64,000 nucleotides of DNA from Desulfobacteraceae bacterium (GCA_011390345.1 JAABSP010000025.1:399-64398); one strand, 5' to 3'. Positions 46,833 to 56,503 are shown, counted from the stretch's first letter. Made by a program: numbers and translations. The notes: generated by a model not told the origin, from the sequence alone.

Positions 46833-47681
46833 TTACAATACCCCTGGCGGCATGGGGTTCGTCCGCTCTCCCCCAAGCACATACCCGCCGTCGATCCGCA
46901 TCACGGTTCCGGTCATGAAGGGCGCATCGGAAATCAGGAAGCGGACCGCCCGGACCACATCATCGATCTTTCCGAACCGATCCATCAGGGTATGCTCCCG
47001 AAGCGCATCCTTTTGCGCATCCGTCAGCAGCCCCCAGCCCCGGGTTCCCTCCCCGTGCCGGGTCTCGAAGATGCCGAGCATGATCTCATTGACCCGGACT
47101 TGGGGGGCCCCCATACGTGCCCAAGTCTCGGTGAGCAGAGAAATCCCCCGATTGGCCGCAGCATAGCCCTCGTTGAAGATGAGCTGCGCAGGCCCGGACC
47201 GGCCCACCATCCCCGCAATGGAGGAGAAATTGACCACCACACCGTCTCCGGATCCCTTCAGGTGGGGCAGGGCCGCTTCAAAAACCCATTGTTTGGCGCG
47301 CAGGGTCGTGGCCATCTCCAGATCCCACTGCTCCGGCACATAGGGCCCATGAACCACGGGCCATCCGCCCCGCTCGATATTGTTGATAAGGATATCGAGC
47401 CCCCCGAGCCGATCCGCAGAGGCTTCCACCATTGAAAAGATCTCATCCGGCTCCAGAAGATTGGCCCTTAAAAGATGGTGCTCCGCGCCCGTATCGGCAA
47501 AATCCTGCCGCATTCGGGGAAGTTCCTCCTCCCAGTCATAATAGGTGGCCGCAACCCGGGCCCCTCGGCTGGCCAGATCCAGCCCGATCCCTTTGCCGAT
47601 CCCCTTGACCGCCCCCAGCACCAGCGCCCGCTTCCCCTGAAGCGCACTCTCCCATCCCTGCGCCCGCCTCCCCGGATTCAT
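46833..47681 (-). CDS. Short-chain dehydrogenase/reductase with an atypical active site
   Basis: LGAVKGIG, DILINN, NFSSIAG, YAAAN, TGTVMRIDGG. Confidence 0.88.
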   Translation of the reverse strand: MNPGRRAQGWESALQGKRALVLGAVKGIGKGIGLDLASRGARVAATYYDWEEELPRMRQDFADTGAEHHLLRANLLEPDEIFSMVEASADRLGGLDILINNIERGGWPVVHGPYVPEQWDLEMATTLRAKQWVFEAALPHLKGSGDGVVVNFSSIAGMVGRSGPAQLIFNEGYAAANRGISLLTETWARMGAPQVRVNEIMLGIFETRHGEGTRGWGLLTDAQKDALREHTLMDRFGKIDDVVRAVRFLISDAPFMTGTVMRIDGGYVLGGERTNPMPPGVL

Positions 47682-48439
47682 CGCACCGCTCCGGCTTTTT
47701 TAACCATCTTTTCCGTCCTTTGAAAAAGCCCGGTCGGCATCCATTCCAGAACCGCTTTCAAAAAAACCGTATCATCACATTCTATGGCATTTCTAACGGC
47801 CGAATCAACGTCAAACTCCTTTTCTCCCCCATTTTCCCGGAGCCGGGCTCTGAAGGCGTCGATATCATAACAGGCCGAATAGAAAAGCCGGCCGGCCCCC
47901 ATCAGCAAAGGGCCGGGATCCAGCCGGTTCCTGGCCGCGATAACCCCCATGAGCAGATCGTTTATTTCATTGTAGGGGCCGATCCCCTGGGATTCGATCC
48001 ATCCCTCCGGGGTCTGCATCCGCTCCTCCGCAAAGCCGAAGCAGTGGGCCTCCCGCATAAGAAAATACCGCTCGGTCATGCGCCCCGTGGCCCGGTCACG
48101 GGAGAGAAGGCGGACCAGGGGATAGGTCCGGCAGGAGGCGGGCCGATCCTCATAGACCCGACATCCCTCCCGAGTCACAAAAGGGCATTTACGCTCGGGT
48201 CCCGGGGCCGGTTCCAGCGTAACCACCGGAAGGCCGGTTTCAGGGCCCAGATGCTGGCGGGTATATGCGGCCAGAAACTCTCCCGAGTCCATCCCGAGGC
48301 CCCTTTTCAGCCGTAGAACATCGTAGGGAGTGAGGGACTGGTTCAGGTCCCGGCAGCACTCGTTGAAACATCGAACCCGCTGGGAACAGGCGAATCGAAA
48401 GTGTTGGCCCGGCTCTACGGGAATTATCTCGTTTTCCAT
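47678..48439 (-). CDS. YkgJ family cysteine cluster protein (paralogue of 46035..46826)
   Basis: CSQRVRCFNECCRDLN, CPFV...CRVYEDRPASCRTYP. Confidence 0.88.
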   Translation of the reverse strand: MENEIIPVEPGQHFRFACSQRVRCFNECCRDLNQSLTPYDVLRLKRGLGMDSGEFLAAYTRQHLGPETGLPVVTLEPAPGPERKCPFVTREGCRVYEDRPASCRTYPLVRLLSRDRATGRMTERYFLMREAHCFGFAEERMQTPEGWIESQGIGPYNEINDLLMGVIAARNRLDPGPLLMGAGRLFYSACYDIDAFRARLRENGGEKEFDVDSAVRNAIECDDTVFLKAVLEWMPTGLFQRTEKMVKKAGAVR

Positions 48440-48598
48440 AAATTTTTTTCAATTCCCTTCTTGATTTGTGCGTCGTTTTCATATAAAAGTTCTTCTCTTG
48501 GGAGCATGTATCAGAATCCGGCGGAACACGCAAGTCGGGTTCCGGAGGCCCCTCCCCGTATCAATAGCGCGCAATAGCGCGAGGGCGTACGAAAAGTC

Positions 48599-48628
48599 TT
48601 GACAAACCGAAAAAATAAATGTTATACG
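48599..48628 (+). promoter_or_regulatory. Putative sigma70 promoter of aprBA
   Basis: Perfect TTGACA at 48599, then TGTTATACG about 16-18 nt downstream; the -10 match is imperfect. Confidence 0.55.
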
Positions 48629-48852
48629 TCCTCTCTGTTTGCATTAGGTTCATATGATTGAATTTTATGGATATCCAAAACTGAACCGCCTTCAGAGACT
48701 GAAGAAGGCATTATTTGCAGATCCTTATCAGATCCATCGGCCCGAAAGGCCGGTCACAGTCACGAAGGGAGGTGCAAAAGCGGTTAAGCATAACAGTCAA
48801 AGTGAACAGTGTTGTAAACGGTAAACAACAATTTAGCTAGGAGGTATTGTAA

Positions 48853-49290
48853 ATGCCAAGTTTTGTAATCGATGAGAAGTGCGACGGGTGTAAAGGCGGC
48901 GACAAGACCGCATGTATGTACATCTGCCCCAACGACCTGATGGTGCTGGACCCGAACACGATGAAGGCCTACAACCAGGAGCCGGATCAGTGCTGGGAGT
49001 GCTTCTCCTGCGTCAAGATCTGCCCGACCCAGGCCATCGAGGTCCGCGGCTATGCCGACTTCGTGCCGCTGGGAAGCTCCATCATGCCCATGATGGGTAC
49101 CGAAGATGTGATGTGGACCTGTAAGTTCAGAAACGGTACCATCAAGCGCTTCAAGTTCCCCATCCGGACCACCGCAGAAGGTGCTGCAAACGCCTATTCC
49201 GAGCTTAAGGGCAAGGATCTGGACAGCGAGTTTCTGGCCACCGAGGAGTCCGAAGGCTATAAGATGCCCAAACCCCAGGCGACCGCCTAA
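48853..49290 (+). CDS. aprB: Adenylyl-sulfate reductase subunit beta
   Basis: MPSFV...CDGCKG...CMYICPNDLM...CWECFSCVKICP...RFKFPIRTT. Confidence 0.99.
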   Translation: MPSFVIDEKCDGCKGGDKTACMYICPNDLMVLDPNTMKAYNQEPDQCWECFSCVKICPTQAIEVRGYADFVPLGSSIMPMMGTEDVMWTCKFRNGTIKRFKFPIRTTAEGAANAYSELKGKDLDSEFLATEESEGYKMPKPQATA

Positions 49291-49411
49291 GTGTTTTGAA
49301 TCCTTAACTTTTTAAGGATTACGGCAGGACAGTGATCTGTTACAAGTGATTAACCTCGCCGGATTCGAATGGCCAATTCGATCTGGCGTCATCTCCTAAG
49401 GAGGTTGTTAA

Positions 49412-51388
49412 ATGGCAATTCCGAACAAACCGAAGGGCGAACTCAAGGCGGTACGGGATCCTGAAGTCGAGGAGCGCGAAGTTGATATTCTTATCGTAGG
49501 CGGCGGTATGGCGGCCTGCGGCTCGGCCTTTGAGATCAAAAAATGGATGAGCGACGACCAGAGCGTCCTTCTCGTGGACAAGGCAGCGATGGAGCGTTCC
49601 GGTGCTGTGGCACAGGGCCTTTCCGCAATCAATACATACATCGGCGACAACACCCCTGACGACTACGTCCGGATGGTCAGAAACGACCTGATGGGCATCG
49701 TTCGTGAGGACCTGATCTTCGACCTCGGCTGCCATGTGGACGATTCTGTCCATCTGTTCGAGGAGTGGGGACTGCCGGTATGGAAGAAGACCGATGATGG
49801 GAAGAACCTGGACGGAAAGAAGGGCCTGAAACAGGGAACCCTGAAAGGCGGCGCCACCCCGGTCCGCACCGGAAAATGGCAGATCATGATCAACGGCGAG
49901 TCCTACAAGCGGATCGTGGCCGAGGCCGCGAAGAAGGCCATCGGAGAGGACAACATCCTCGAGCGGGTCTTCATCGTCGAGCTGCTGCTGGACGCCAATC
50001 AGGACAACCGGATCGCGGGCGCGGTCGGCTTCTCCGTGCGTGAGAACAAAGTCTACATCATCAAATGTAAGGCCATGATGGTTGCCTGCGGCGGCGCGGT
50101 CAACATCTATCAGCCCCGTTCGGTCGGCGAGGGCAAGGGTCGTGCATGGTATCCGGTATGGAACTCCGGCTCCACCTATTATCTGTGCATGAAGGTCGGT
50201 GCGGAACTCTCCATGATGGAAAACCGTTTCACCCCGGCCCGTTTCAAAGATGGTTACGGCCCGGTCGGTGCATGGTTCCTCCTGTTCAAAGCCAAGGCTC
50301 TCAACGGACTGGGCGAGGCATTTGCCGGCTCCGATGCGGCCAAAAAGGAGCTGGAGAACTACGCACCTTACGGAACCGCCGCGATCACCCCGACCTGTCT
50401 GCGGAACCACCTGATGCTGTTCGAGATGAAAGAGGGCCGCGGCCCGATCATCATGGACACCGTGACCGCTCTGGCCGAGATCGGAAAGACCATGGACAAG
50501 AAGGAGCTGAAGCACCTCGAGTCCGAGGCATGGGAAGACTTCCTCGACATGACCTGCGGCCAGGCCAACCTCTGGTGCGCCACCAACACCGAGCCCGAGA
50601 AGAAGAACTCCGAGATCATGCCGACCGAGCCCTACCTGCTGGGCTCCCACTCCGGTTGCTGCGGTCTCTGGACATCCGGCCCCGACTTCGACTGGATTCC
50701 GGATTCCTACAAGATCAAGTACAACGGCAAGGTCTACAACCGGATGACCACGGTCAACGGTCTCTTCACCTCCGGTGACGGCGTCGGCTGCTCCGGCCAC
50801 AAGTTCTCCTCCGGCTCTCACGCCGAGGGTCGTATGGCCGCAAAATCCATGGTCCGTCTTGCAAGAGACGACAAGGATTACAAACCGACCCTGTCCCAGA
50901 GCAAGGAAGAGCTGGTGGAGCTGGTCTACAAGTCTGTCCGGGTCTATCTGGACAACTATAAGTACACCACGGCCGAGGACATCAACCCCAACTACCTGAA
51001 GCCCAACGGGATGATGTACCGGATGATGAAGGCCACCCACGAGTACGGCGCAGGAACATCCACCTACTACATGACCACAAGCAAGAACCTCGAGATCGTC
51101 ATGGATCTTCTCGAGACCATGCGCGAGGACTGCGAGAAGCTGGCTTCCGGCGATCTGCACGAGCTGATGAGAGCATGGGAGATCATCCACAGAATCTGGA
51201 CAGTGGAATCCCACCTGCGGCACATCCAGTATCGGAAAGAGACCCGCTATCCGGGCTTCTACTATCAGGCAGATTATCCGAATCAGGATGACGAGAACTG
51301 GTTTGCCTTCACCAACTCGAAGTTTGATCCCAAGGCTGGTACATGGGATGTCTTCAAGAGAGACTACGTCCAGATCATCCCGAGCTGA
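49412..51388 (+). CDS. aprA: Adenylyl-sulfate reductase subunit alpha
   Basis: RSGAVAQGLSAINTY, GKWQIMINGESYK, EAWEDFLDM, GHKFSSGSHAEGR. Confidence 0.99.
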   Translation: MAIPNKPKGELKAVRDPEVEEREVDILIVGGGMAACGSAFEIKKWMSDDQSVLLVDKAAMERSGAVAQGLSAINTYIGDNTPDDYVRMVRNDLMGIVREDLIFDLGCHVDDSVHLFEEWGLPVWKKTDDGKNLDGKKGLKQGTLKGGATPVRTGKWQIMINGESYKRIVAEAAKKAIGEDNILERVFIVELLLDANQDNRIAGAVGFSVRENKVYIIKCKAMMVACGGAVNIYQPRSVGEGKGRAWYPVWNSGSTYYLCMKVGAELSMMENRFTPARFKDGYGPVGAWFLLFKAKALNGLGEAFAGSDAAKKELENYAPYGTAAITPTCLRNHLMLFEMKEGRGPIIMDTVTALAEIGKTMDKKELKHLESEAWEDFLDMTCGQANLWCATNTEPEKKNSEIMPTEPYLLGSHSGCCGLWTSGPDFDWIPDSYKIKYNGKVYNRMTTVNGLFTSGDGVGCSGHKFSSGSHAEGRMAAKSMVRLARDDKDYKPTLSQSKEELVELVYKSVRVYLDNYKYTTAEDINPNYLKPNGMMYRMMKATHEYGAGTSTYYMTTSKNLEIVMDLLETMREDCEKLASGDLHELMRAWEIIHRIWTVESHLRHIQYRKETRYPGFYYQADYPNQDDENWFAFTNSKFDPKAGTWDVFKRDYVQIIPS

Positions 51389-51426
51389 TTTGAGCGGGCT
51401 GGTTTAGGGTAGTGAAGTAAACCGAT

Positions 51427-51471
51427 AAAAAGCCTCCAGGTGTCACTTTTTCTGATGCCTGGAGGTTTTTA
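51427..51471 (+). terminator. Intrinsic terminator after aprA
   Basis: AAAAGCCTCCAGG...CCTGGAGGTTTTT stem-loop with U tract. Confidence 0.7.
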
Positions 51472-51502
51472 TTAAGTGCCTGTACGTTTATTCCCAAGAG
51501 AA

Positions 51503-51587
51503 GGTGAGAGGCAAGGGGCCAGCGGCAAAAGAACGAATTCAAAAAATCTTATCGAATGCTTTTGCCCCTCGCCTTTTGCCTCTCACC
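51503..51587. repeat. Long inverted repeat built from heptamer units upstream of qmoA
   Basis: GGTGAGAGGCAAGGGGC..GGCAAAAG / CTTTTGCC..GCCTTTTGCCTCTCACC. Confidence 0.7.
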
Positions 51588-51613
51588 ATTGAATACTATC
51601 AAGGAGGGATAGC

Positions 51614-52891
51614 ATGACAGAATCGACACAAGCCCTCGGAAACGGAACCATTCTCGTTGTCGGAGGGGGCATCAGCGGGTTGACCACGGCCCTGGAAGCA
51701 GCAGAAGTCGGGTACGAGGTTTTCATCGTTGAAAAGAATCCTTACCTGGGCGGAAGGGTAGCACAGCTTAATCAGTATTTCCCCAAGCTATGTCCTCCCA
51801 CCTGCGGCCTTGAAATCAATTTCAAGCGCATCAAGAACAATCCCCGTATCCATTTTTTCACACTGGCCGAGGTGGAGAAAGTAAGCGGCTCCCCCGGCAG
51901 CTATGACGTAACGGTGCGGCTCAACCCCCGGTATGTCAATGAGAACTGCACCTGCTGCGACGAGTGCGCCAAGGCCTGCAAGATGGAGATAACCGACGAG
52001 TTCAATTTAGGGATGAACCGGCAAAAGGGCGCGTACCTGCCCCATGAGATGTCCTTTCCGTCCCGGTATGTGATCTCGCCGCAGATCATCGGAACCGAAG
52101 ATGCCCAGCGGTGCAAGGATGTCTGCAAATACGGCGCGGTCGATCTCGACATGGAGACCAGAAGTATGAACCTGAATGTGGGCGCGATCGTCTGGTCCAC
52201 CGGATGGGTCCCCTACGATGCAGGCCGGATCGACAACCTCGGCTTTGGCCGGTACCCGAACATCGTCACCAACATGATGATGGAGCGGATGGCGGCCCCC
52301 AACGGCCCAACCGAAGGCAAAGTCCTGCGGCCCTCGGACGACAAAGCCCCGGAAAGCGTGGCATTTGTCCAGTGCGCCGGCTCCAGAGATGAGAACCACC
52401 TCCCCTACTGCTCCTATATCTGCTGCATGGCCTCGTTGAAGCAGGCCACCTATGTGAGGGAGCGGTATCCCGATGCAAAGATCTACATCTTCTATATCGA
52501 TCTGCGGGCCCCGGGCCAGAAGTACGAGCAGTTCTACCAGAGGATCAAGGAAGATGAGAATGTCTTCTTCATCAAGGGGAAGGTCGCGGAAGTGAGTGAG
52601 GACCCGGATTCCAAGGGGATCACCGTTACGGCCGAAAATGCGATGACCGGAGAGAAGATCCACCAGACCGTCGATATGGTCGTTTTGGCCACCGGCATGC
52701 AGCCGAGTGCGGCCACGGCCAAGCTCCCCGCGGATCTGACGTACAATGCAGACGGCTTTATCGTCAACGACTTCAAGAAGGGTGGAATGTTTGGCGCGGG
52801 ATGTGCCAACCGGCCGGCCGACGTCATGTCTTCCAACCAGAATGCGACCGGTATGGCCTTAAAAGCGATTCAAACCCTTGTGAAGCGCTAG
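51614..52891 (+). CDS. qmoA: Quinone-interacting membrane-bound oxidoreductase subunit A (HdrA-like)
   Basis: VGGGISG, YFPKLCPPTCGLEIN, QCAGSRD...CSYICC; follows aprA. Confidence 0.96.
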   Translation: MTESTQALGNGTILVVGGGISGLTTALEAAEVGYEVFIVEKNPYLGGRVAQLNQYFPKLCPPTCGLEINFKRIKNNPRIHFFTLAEVEKVSGSPGSYDVTVRLNPRYVNENCTCCDECAKACKMEITDEFNLGMNRQKGAYLPHEMSFPSRYVISPQIIGTEDAQRCKDVCKYGAVDLDMETRSMNLNVGAIVWSTGWVPYDAGRIDNLGFGRYPNIVTNMMMERMAAPNGPTEGKVLRPSDDKAPESVAFVQCAGSRDENHLPYCSYICCMASLKQATYVRERYPDAKIYIFYIDLRAPGQKYEQFYQRIKEDENVFFIKGKVAEVSEDPDSKGITVTAENAMTGEKIHQTVDMVVLATGMQPSAATAKLPADLTYNADGFIVNDFKKGGMFGAGCANRPADVMSSNQNATGMALKAIQTLVKR

Positions 52892-52904
52892 GAGGTTTTA
52901 TCTA

Positions 52905-55241
52905 ATGGACAAAAAGTACGGCGTATATATCTGCACAGGATGCGGAATCGGGGAGTCTCTCGACATTCCGAAACTCTGCGAGGTCCCCGAAGAGGAAGGG
53001 ATTACCTGCAAGACCCACGGCCAGTTCTGCGGCAAAGAGGGTCTTGAGATGCTGCAGCAGGAGATCGACGGCGGGGTCAACACCCTGATGATCGCGGCCT
53101 GCTCCCCCAGGGTCAACTACGACACCTTTGATTTCCCGGGCAGTATCGTGGACCGGGTCAATATCCGGGAGCAGGTGGTCTGGTCCCATCCGAGGGACAA
53201 GTTCCCGGCGCTGACCGAGGAAGAGAAAGAGGACGAGGAGAAGTTCGACCGGGTTCAGATGATGGCCGAGGACTATCTCCGGATGAGCATGGCCAAGACC
53301 GAAAGGATCATCCTGCCCGAGCCCTATAAGCTCGAAGAGGAGATGAGCAAAAAGATCCTGGTGATCGGCGGCGGCGTCACCGGCATCACTGCTGCAATGG
53401 ATGCGGCAAAGGCCGGCTACGAGGTCACTCTGGTGGAAAAGGAGGAGAAGCTGGGAGGCTATGCAGCCAAAATGCGGAAGCAGATCCCGGTGGACGAGCC
53501 CTATGAGAAGCCCATGAAACCGATGATCGGGGGGCTGATCGACGAGCTGAACGGATTTTCCAACGTCACGGTCAAGACCAGCACCGTGGTGGCACGCCTC
53601 GCGGGACAGCCGGGCGAGTTCTTCGTCACCTTCAAAAAGCCGGGCGAGAAGATCGAATTCGACGTTCCCTATCCGCTGCCCGAGGAGATGACGGTGGATG
53701 AGAGCGGCAAGGAACTCGATGCCGAGACCCTGCACCAGAAGTTCATGGAGTACAACGAAGGCCGGAAGGACATCCTGACCATCGACCCGAACGCGGAGAA
53801 GTTCGGCGCGGTGGTACTCGCTGCCGGCTGGAAGCCCTACAAGCCCAAAGAGGGCGAGTTTGCGCATCTCGGCTTCGGGGAAAATCCGGACGTGATCACC
53901 AACTACCAGTTCGAGGAGATGGCAGCGGCAGGCAAGATCACCCGCCCCTCGGACGGCCAGCCGGCCAAATCGGTGGTCTTTGTCCAGACCCCCGGAAAAG
54001 AGGATGATGCAGACTTCTCCTACAGCGGCTCCACCGCAAGTCTTGTGGCCTTGAAGCATGCCACCTATCTGCGGGAGGACTACGACGACGCCAAGGCGTA
54101 CATCTTCTATCAGCACATGCGCACCCCGGGGCTTTCCGAGAACTTCTACAAATCGGTTCAGCAGGACACGGGGATCTTCCTCTCCAAGGGGAAGGTGAGC
54201 GCGGTATCGAAAAACGGCGACGGACTGACGGTCGAGGCTGAGGATACCCTGCTGGGGGAGAAGATCGGGGTCAAGGCCGATCTGGTGGTTCTGGGAACCG
54301 GCATGGTGCCGGCCACCAAGGATGATCCTGTGGTCAACATGGCCTACCGCCAGGGCCCGGGATTCAGAGACATCGACCTCTTCAATGGGTATGTGGACTC
54401 CAACTTCATCTGCTTCCCCTACGAGACCCAGCGGACCGGCATCTACGCGGCCGGAACGATCCGCCGGAACATGACCATGGGCGAGTGTATGGAGGATGCG
54501 GCCGGCGCTGCCCTGAAGACGATCCAGTCTCTGGAATCGGTCAACCGCGGCGTTTCGGTTCATCCCCGCTCCGGCGACATGACCTTCCCGGACTTCTTCT
54601 TCCAGAGATGCACCCAGTGCAAGCGCTGCACCCAGGAGTGCCCCTTTGGCGCGCTCGATGATGATGCCAAGGGAACACCCAAGCCGAACCCGACCCGGTG
54701 CCGGCGGTGCGGAACCTGCATGGGCGCCTGCCCCGAGCGGATCATCGGATTTGCCGACTACAGCATCGACAGCATCGGCTCCATGGTCAAAGCGGTACAG
54801 GTTCCGTCCGAGGACGACTATACAGAGCCGCCCTTCCGGGTTCTCGGGATAGTCTGCGAGAACGATGCGTATCCGGCACTCGATATCATCGGGTTGAACA
54901 AGGGCGCTTTTTCTGCGGATGTCCGTCTCATTCCGGTGCGCTGTCTCGGCTCCATGAACGTCATCTGGATCAAGGACGCGCTCTCCCAGGGAATGGACGG
55001 TGTCTTCCTGCTGGGCTGCAAGCACGGGGATGATTATCAGTGCCACTTTGTCAAGGGAAGCGAACTGGCCGACATCCGGGTGAAGAAGATCGGTGATGCG
55101 CTCGCGAGCCTCGCGCTGGAGCACGAGCGGGTCGCGCAGTTCGAGGTGGCCATCGACGACTATGACAAGCTGCCCAAGATCATCAATGATTTTGTGGAAT
55201 CCATCGAGGCTCTGGGGCCGAATCCGTTCAAGGGATTCTAA
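52905..55241 (+). CDS. qmoB: Qmo subunit B (HdrA-like + MvhD-like domain)
   Basis: SNFICFPYET, CTQCKRCT..CPFG, CRRCGTCMGACP, CENDAYPALD, GPNPFKGF. Confidence 0.97.
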   Translation: MDKKYGVYICTGCGIGESLDIPKLCEVPEEEGITCKTHGQFCGKEGLEMLQQEIDGGVNTLMIAACSPRVNYDTFDFPGSIVDRVNIREQVVWSHPRDKFPALTEEEKEDEEKFDRVQMMAEDYLRMSMAKTERIILPEPYKLEEEMSKKILVIGGGVTGITAAMDAAKAGYEVTLVEKEEKLGGYAAKMRKQIPVDEPYEKPMKPMIGGLIDELNGFSNVTVKTSTVVARLAGQPGEFFVTFKKPGEKIEFDVPYPLPEEMTVDESGKELDAETLHQKFMEYNEGRKDILTIDPNAEKFGAVVLAAGWKPYKPKEGEFAHLGFGENPDVITNYQFEEMAAAGKITRPSDGQPAKSVVFVQTPGKEDDADFSYSGSTASLVALKHATYLREDYDDAKAYIFYQHMRTPGLSENFYKSVQQDTGIFLSKGKVSAVSKNGDGLTVEAEDTLLGEKIGVKADLVVLGTGMVPATKDDPVVNMAYRQGPGFRDIDLFNGYVDSNFICFPYETQRTGIYAAGTIRRNMTMGECMEDAAGAALKTIQSLESVNRGVSVHPRSGDMTFPDFFFQRCTQCKRCTQECPFGALDDDAKGTPKPNPTRCRRCGTCMGACPERIIGFADYSIDSIGSMVKAVQVPSEDDYTEPPFRVLGIVCENDAYPALDIIGLNKGAFSADVRLIPVRCLGSMNVIWIKDALSQGMDGVFLLGCKHGDDYQCHFVKGSELADIRVKKIGDALASLALEHERVAQFEVAIDDYDKLPKIINDFVESIEALGPNPFKGF

Positions 55242-55262
55242 AGCGAAAAAAGGAGGTTTTGA

Positions 55263-56402
55263 ATGGCAGACCGATATATGATCGAGCCCGATCTGAACTT
55301 CATCAAAGAGTTGAACGGGATGGGGGCCGATACGCTCAAGAAGTGTTATCAGTGCGCCACCTGCTCGGTGGCCTGTCCCATCTCGCCCGATGACCGCCCC
55401 TTTCCCCGAAAGGAGATGATCGCGGCCTCCTGGGGGCTCAAGGAGAAGCTGATCAAGAGCTGCGACATCTGGCTGTGCCACAACTGCGGGGACTGCACCA
55501 CCATGTGTCCTCGGGGGGCAAAGCCGGGCGATACTCTGGCGGCATTGCGCAACTATGCCATCATGGATTATGGAAAGCCGAGGGCATTGGCAGAGGCGGT
55601 GAACGACCCAAAGAAGCTCCCGATTCTGCTGCTGATTCCCGCGGTGATCTTCGTGATCGTGGGGCTGATTACAGGGCTTCTCGACTTCACCCCCGAGGGG
55701 AGCGAGATCGTCCATTCCCATTTCTTCTCGAGCTGGCTGGTCGATCTTATCATGGTGCCGGCCTCGATCTGGACAGTGGTGATCTTTGCCATCGGCATCA
55801 AGGGGTTTATGAAGGACATCCATGAGAATGCGGTGGCCGAAGGCAAGACCCAGAAAGAGAAGCTGGAGATCGTGCCCTTTTTGAAGTCGATCGTAAACGT
55901 GATCCCGAAGATTTTGATGCACTCCAAGTTCTCCGAGTGCGGCGAGAATGAGGAGCGGGCCACATCGCACATGATGGTCCTCTTCGGCTTCATCGGCCTT
56001 TTCATCGTCACCAGCATCTTCTTTGTGACCATGTACGGCTTTGGGATTCATGGACCATATTCGCAGTTGAACCCGGTCAAGTGGCTGGCGAACATCGCGG
56101 GTGTGGCGCTGGTGATCGGCAGTGCGCTGATGATCAAGAACCGGTTTGCAAAGCAGCCGGATCAGAACACCACCTATAAGGACTGGTCATTGATCGGGCT
56201 GGCGCTTGCGCTGGGTTTGACCGGTATGCTGACCGAGATGACGCGTCTTGGGGGCGCTGCAGGACTTTCCTATACGATCTATTTCATCCATCTGATGTTC
56301 GTGTTTGCTCTGTTCGTCTATCTGCCCTACTCAAAGCTGGCGCATCTGGTCTATCGGACCCTGGCGATCGCGTATGCGGATTACAGCGGGAGGAAGTTCT
56401 AA
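55263..56402 (+). CDS. qmoC: Qmo subunit C (HdrC/HdrE-like membrane subunit)
   Basis: CYQCATCSVACP, FPRKEM, CHNCGDC...CPRG, TM helices, PYSKLAH. Confidence 0.97.
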   Translation: MADRYMIEPDLNFIKELNGMGADTLKKCYQCATCSVACPISPDDRPFPRKEMIAASWGLKEKLIKSCDIWLCHNCGDCTTMCPRGAKPGDTLAALRNYAIMDYGKPRALAEAVNDPKKLPILLLIPAVIFVIVGLITGLLDFTPEGSEIVHSHFFSSWLVDLIMVPASIWTVVIFAIGIKGFMKDIHENAVAEGKTQKEKLEIVPFLKSIVNVIPKILMHSKFSECGENEERATSHMMVLFGFIGLFIVTSIFFVTMYGFGIHGPYSQLNPVKWLANIAGVALVIGSALMIKNRFAKQPDQNTTYKDWSLIGLALALGLTGMLTEMTRLGGAAGLSYTIYFIHLMFVFALFVYLPYSKLAHLVYRTLAIAYADYSGRKF

Positions 56403-56465
56403 GGGTAGTTTGAAAAGCAGCTTTAGCAGGAAAAAGATGATCTGATCTTTTTCAGATTATTTCTT

Positions 56466-56503
56466 AAAAGGGCGTGTCGGGGTTTTCCCGGCGCGCCTTT
56501 TTT
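56466..56503 (+). terminator. Intrinsic terminator after qmoC
   Basis: AAAAGGGCGTGTCGGG...CCCGGCGCGCCTTTTTT. Confidence 0.8.

Noticed and set aside
48812-48829. Rex operator upstream of aprB (TTGTAAACGGTAAACAA)
   Set aside because: Spacing and the right half-site do not fit the TTGTGAA-N4-TTCACAA consensus well enough to call.
52902-56051. 1049-aa minus-strand ORF (similarly 49340..51223 minus and 23253..24893 plus)
   Set aside because: Antisense shadows of qmoBC, aprA and lysS caused by GC-rich codon bias; no recognisable motifs.
51614-56402. Selenocysteine recoding in HdrA-like Qmo subunits
   Set aside because: All three ORFs are full length with no in-frame TGA.
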